From NCBI GenBank assembly GCA_002482545.1, contig DLGF01000020.1:80152-104151 (forward strand): 24,000 nucleotides of DNA, given 5' to 3'. Both the position numbers and the translations under genes were made by a program. Numbering within the stretch: position 1 is the first letter of the stretch; the number at the start of each line of letters is the position of its first letter. Shown piece by piece: positions 23,259 through 24,000 of the stretch. The notes beneath the pieces are model-generated. The model was given only the letters and a program-made list of their open reading frames with translations, searched no databases and was not told the origin of the DNA. This stretch comes from Sporomusaceae bacterium UBA7701 (lineage in GTDB: Bacteria > Bacillota > Negativicutes > Sporomusales > UBA7701).

Positions 23259-24000
23259 ATGGAAAAAGGTCCGGTTGCCAGAGAATGTTCCTGTTCTTGC
23301 AACGGTGATCCGCAAAATAGCGAAAACCGGTGCTGCAAGCCAATGCCTCCGGCGCATGCCGGCGAAAACCGCACGCCTTGGGTGATCGGGGCGATAGAAA
23401 CTTCAACAGGGAAAATCCCTCAAGTGAGCACCGAGTATACGCCGCGGGACAGGTTCGGGGCATGGAAGGCGCGCTGGGGCATCGGGCGGATGGACTATAA
23501 AGTTCCGCCCGGTCTCTACGGAGTGGGGAATCCCGATGCTAATTCCCTGGTGCTGGTCTCGGCCAACTATAAGATGAGTTTCGACCGGCTCCGCTCCGAA
23601 TTGAAAGGCCTCGATCTGTGGATCCTGGTGTTGGATACCAGGGGCGTCAACGTCTGGTGCGCAGCCGGCAAAGGAACGTTCGGGACCGAAGAGCTGGTCC
23701 ATCGTATCAGTCAAGTGAGGCTTCCGGAGATCGTGACCCATCGGGCCTTGATCGTGCCCCAGCTCGGTGCGCCCGGCGTGTCTGCCCATAAGGTCTTGAA
23801 GCTGTCGGGCTTTAGAGTGCTGTACGGTCCGGTAAGGGCCGCGGATGTTCCGGCGTTTATCGGCAGAGGCTTGAAGGCCACTGCCGCTATGCGGGAGGTC
23901 CGGTTCGACATGCGGGATCGTTTGGTGCTGGCGCCCTTCGAACTGGTCAGCACCGTCAAACCGGCGCTCCTTCTTTTGGCGGTGCTCTTTTTGGTCAACC
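23259..24000 (+). CDS. hgcA: Mercury-methylation corrinoid protein HgcA (5' ~247 codons; continues beyond the window)
   Basis: SD GGAGAGGA 8 nt before ATG 23259. No stop through to the window end, hence absent from the ORF track. Signature cap-helix motif NVWCAAGKGTFGT (23649-23687) within ...PGLYGVGNPDANSLVLVSANYKMSFDRLRSELKGLDLWILVLDTRGVNVWCAAGKG...LIVPQLGAPGVSAH. The first TM helix begins at the end of the window. Confidence 0.85.
   Translation, partial: MEKGPVARECSCSCNGDPQNSENRCCKPMPPAHAGENRTPWVIGAIETSTGKIPQVSTEYTPRDRFGAWKARWGIGRMDYKVPPGLYGVGNPDANSLVLVSANYKMSFDRLRSELKGLDLWILVLDTRGVNVWCAAGKGTFGTEELVHRISQVRLPEIVTHRALIVPQLGAPGVSAHKVLKLSGFRVLYGPVRAADVPAFIGRGLKATAAMREVRFDMRDRLVLAPFELVSTVKPALLLLAVLFLVN

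Noticed and set aside
23257-23998. Three - strand ORFs listed over the last 750 nt.
   Set aside because: They are antisense shadows of the open-ended + strand hgcA frame, which carries the diagnostic NVWCAAGK motif.

Overview
GC-rich, Firmicute-like chromosomal window. All functions are inferred by eye from motifs, gene order and signals; no homology search was run. Three blocks. (1) 1-1740: the 3' end of an unknown CDS and a convergent FAD-dependent oxidoreductase. (2) ~1743-16784: a decaying podovirus-like prophage remnant made only of late genes, all on the + strand. In order it holds a small-terminase-like gene, an internally deleted and frameshifted large terminase, and an intact portal. 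Next come a deletion scar where scaffold/capsid genes would be expected, then an NlpC/P60 hydrolase plus a secreted partner. A shredded tail-fibre tip follows, then an AT-rich methyltransferase moron on the opposite strand with its own extended -10 promoter. After that come a ~586-aa tail protein broken at a G7 tract, a tail fibre whose C-terminal part is AT-richer, and three internal/ejection-type proteins. One of these carries 63-bp tandem repeats and a C-terminal PBECR-like nuclease module, and is followed by a stand-alone paralogue and degenerate module fragments. The block ends with a 24-aa holin-like toxin with a predicted antisense RNA, then holin, lysozyme-like endolysin and a spanin-like coiled-coil protein. 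No integrase, repressor, replication gene or recognisable capsid gene is present. (3) 16783-24000: host genes. These are a lipoprotein, murI, pgeF, and a GrdE/PrdA-type reductase homologue split into two genes (prdD/prdE-like) exactly at the autoprocessing site. They are followed by a c-di-GMP-I riboswitch with terminator upstream of a DUF2271-like lipoprotein, and an arsR-hgcA pair. hgcA (the mercury-methylation corrinoid protein) is an open-ended ORF that is missing from the supplied ORF track. Best candidates for something new: the ejection-protein/nuclease-module array, the small toxin/antisense locus, the orphan split reductase pair, and the Cys-rich N-terminus of HgcA.
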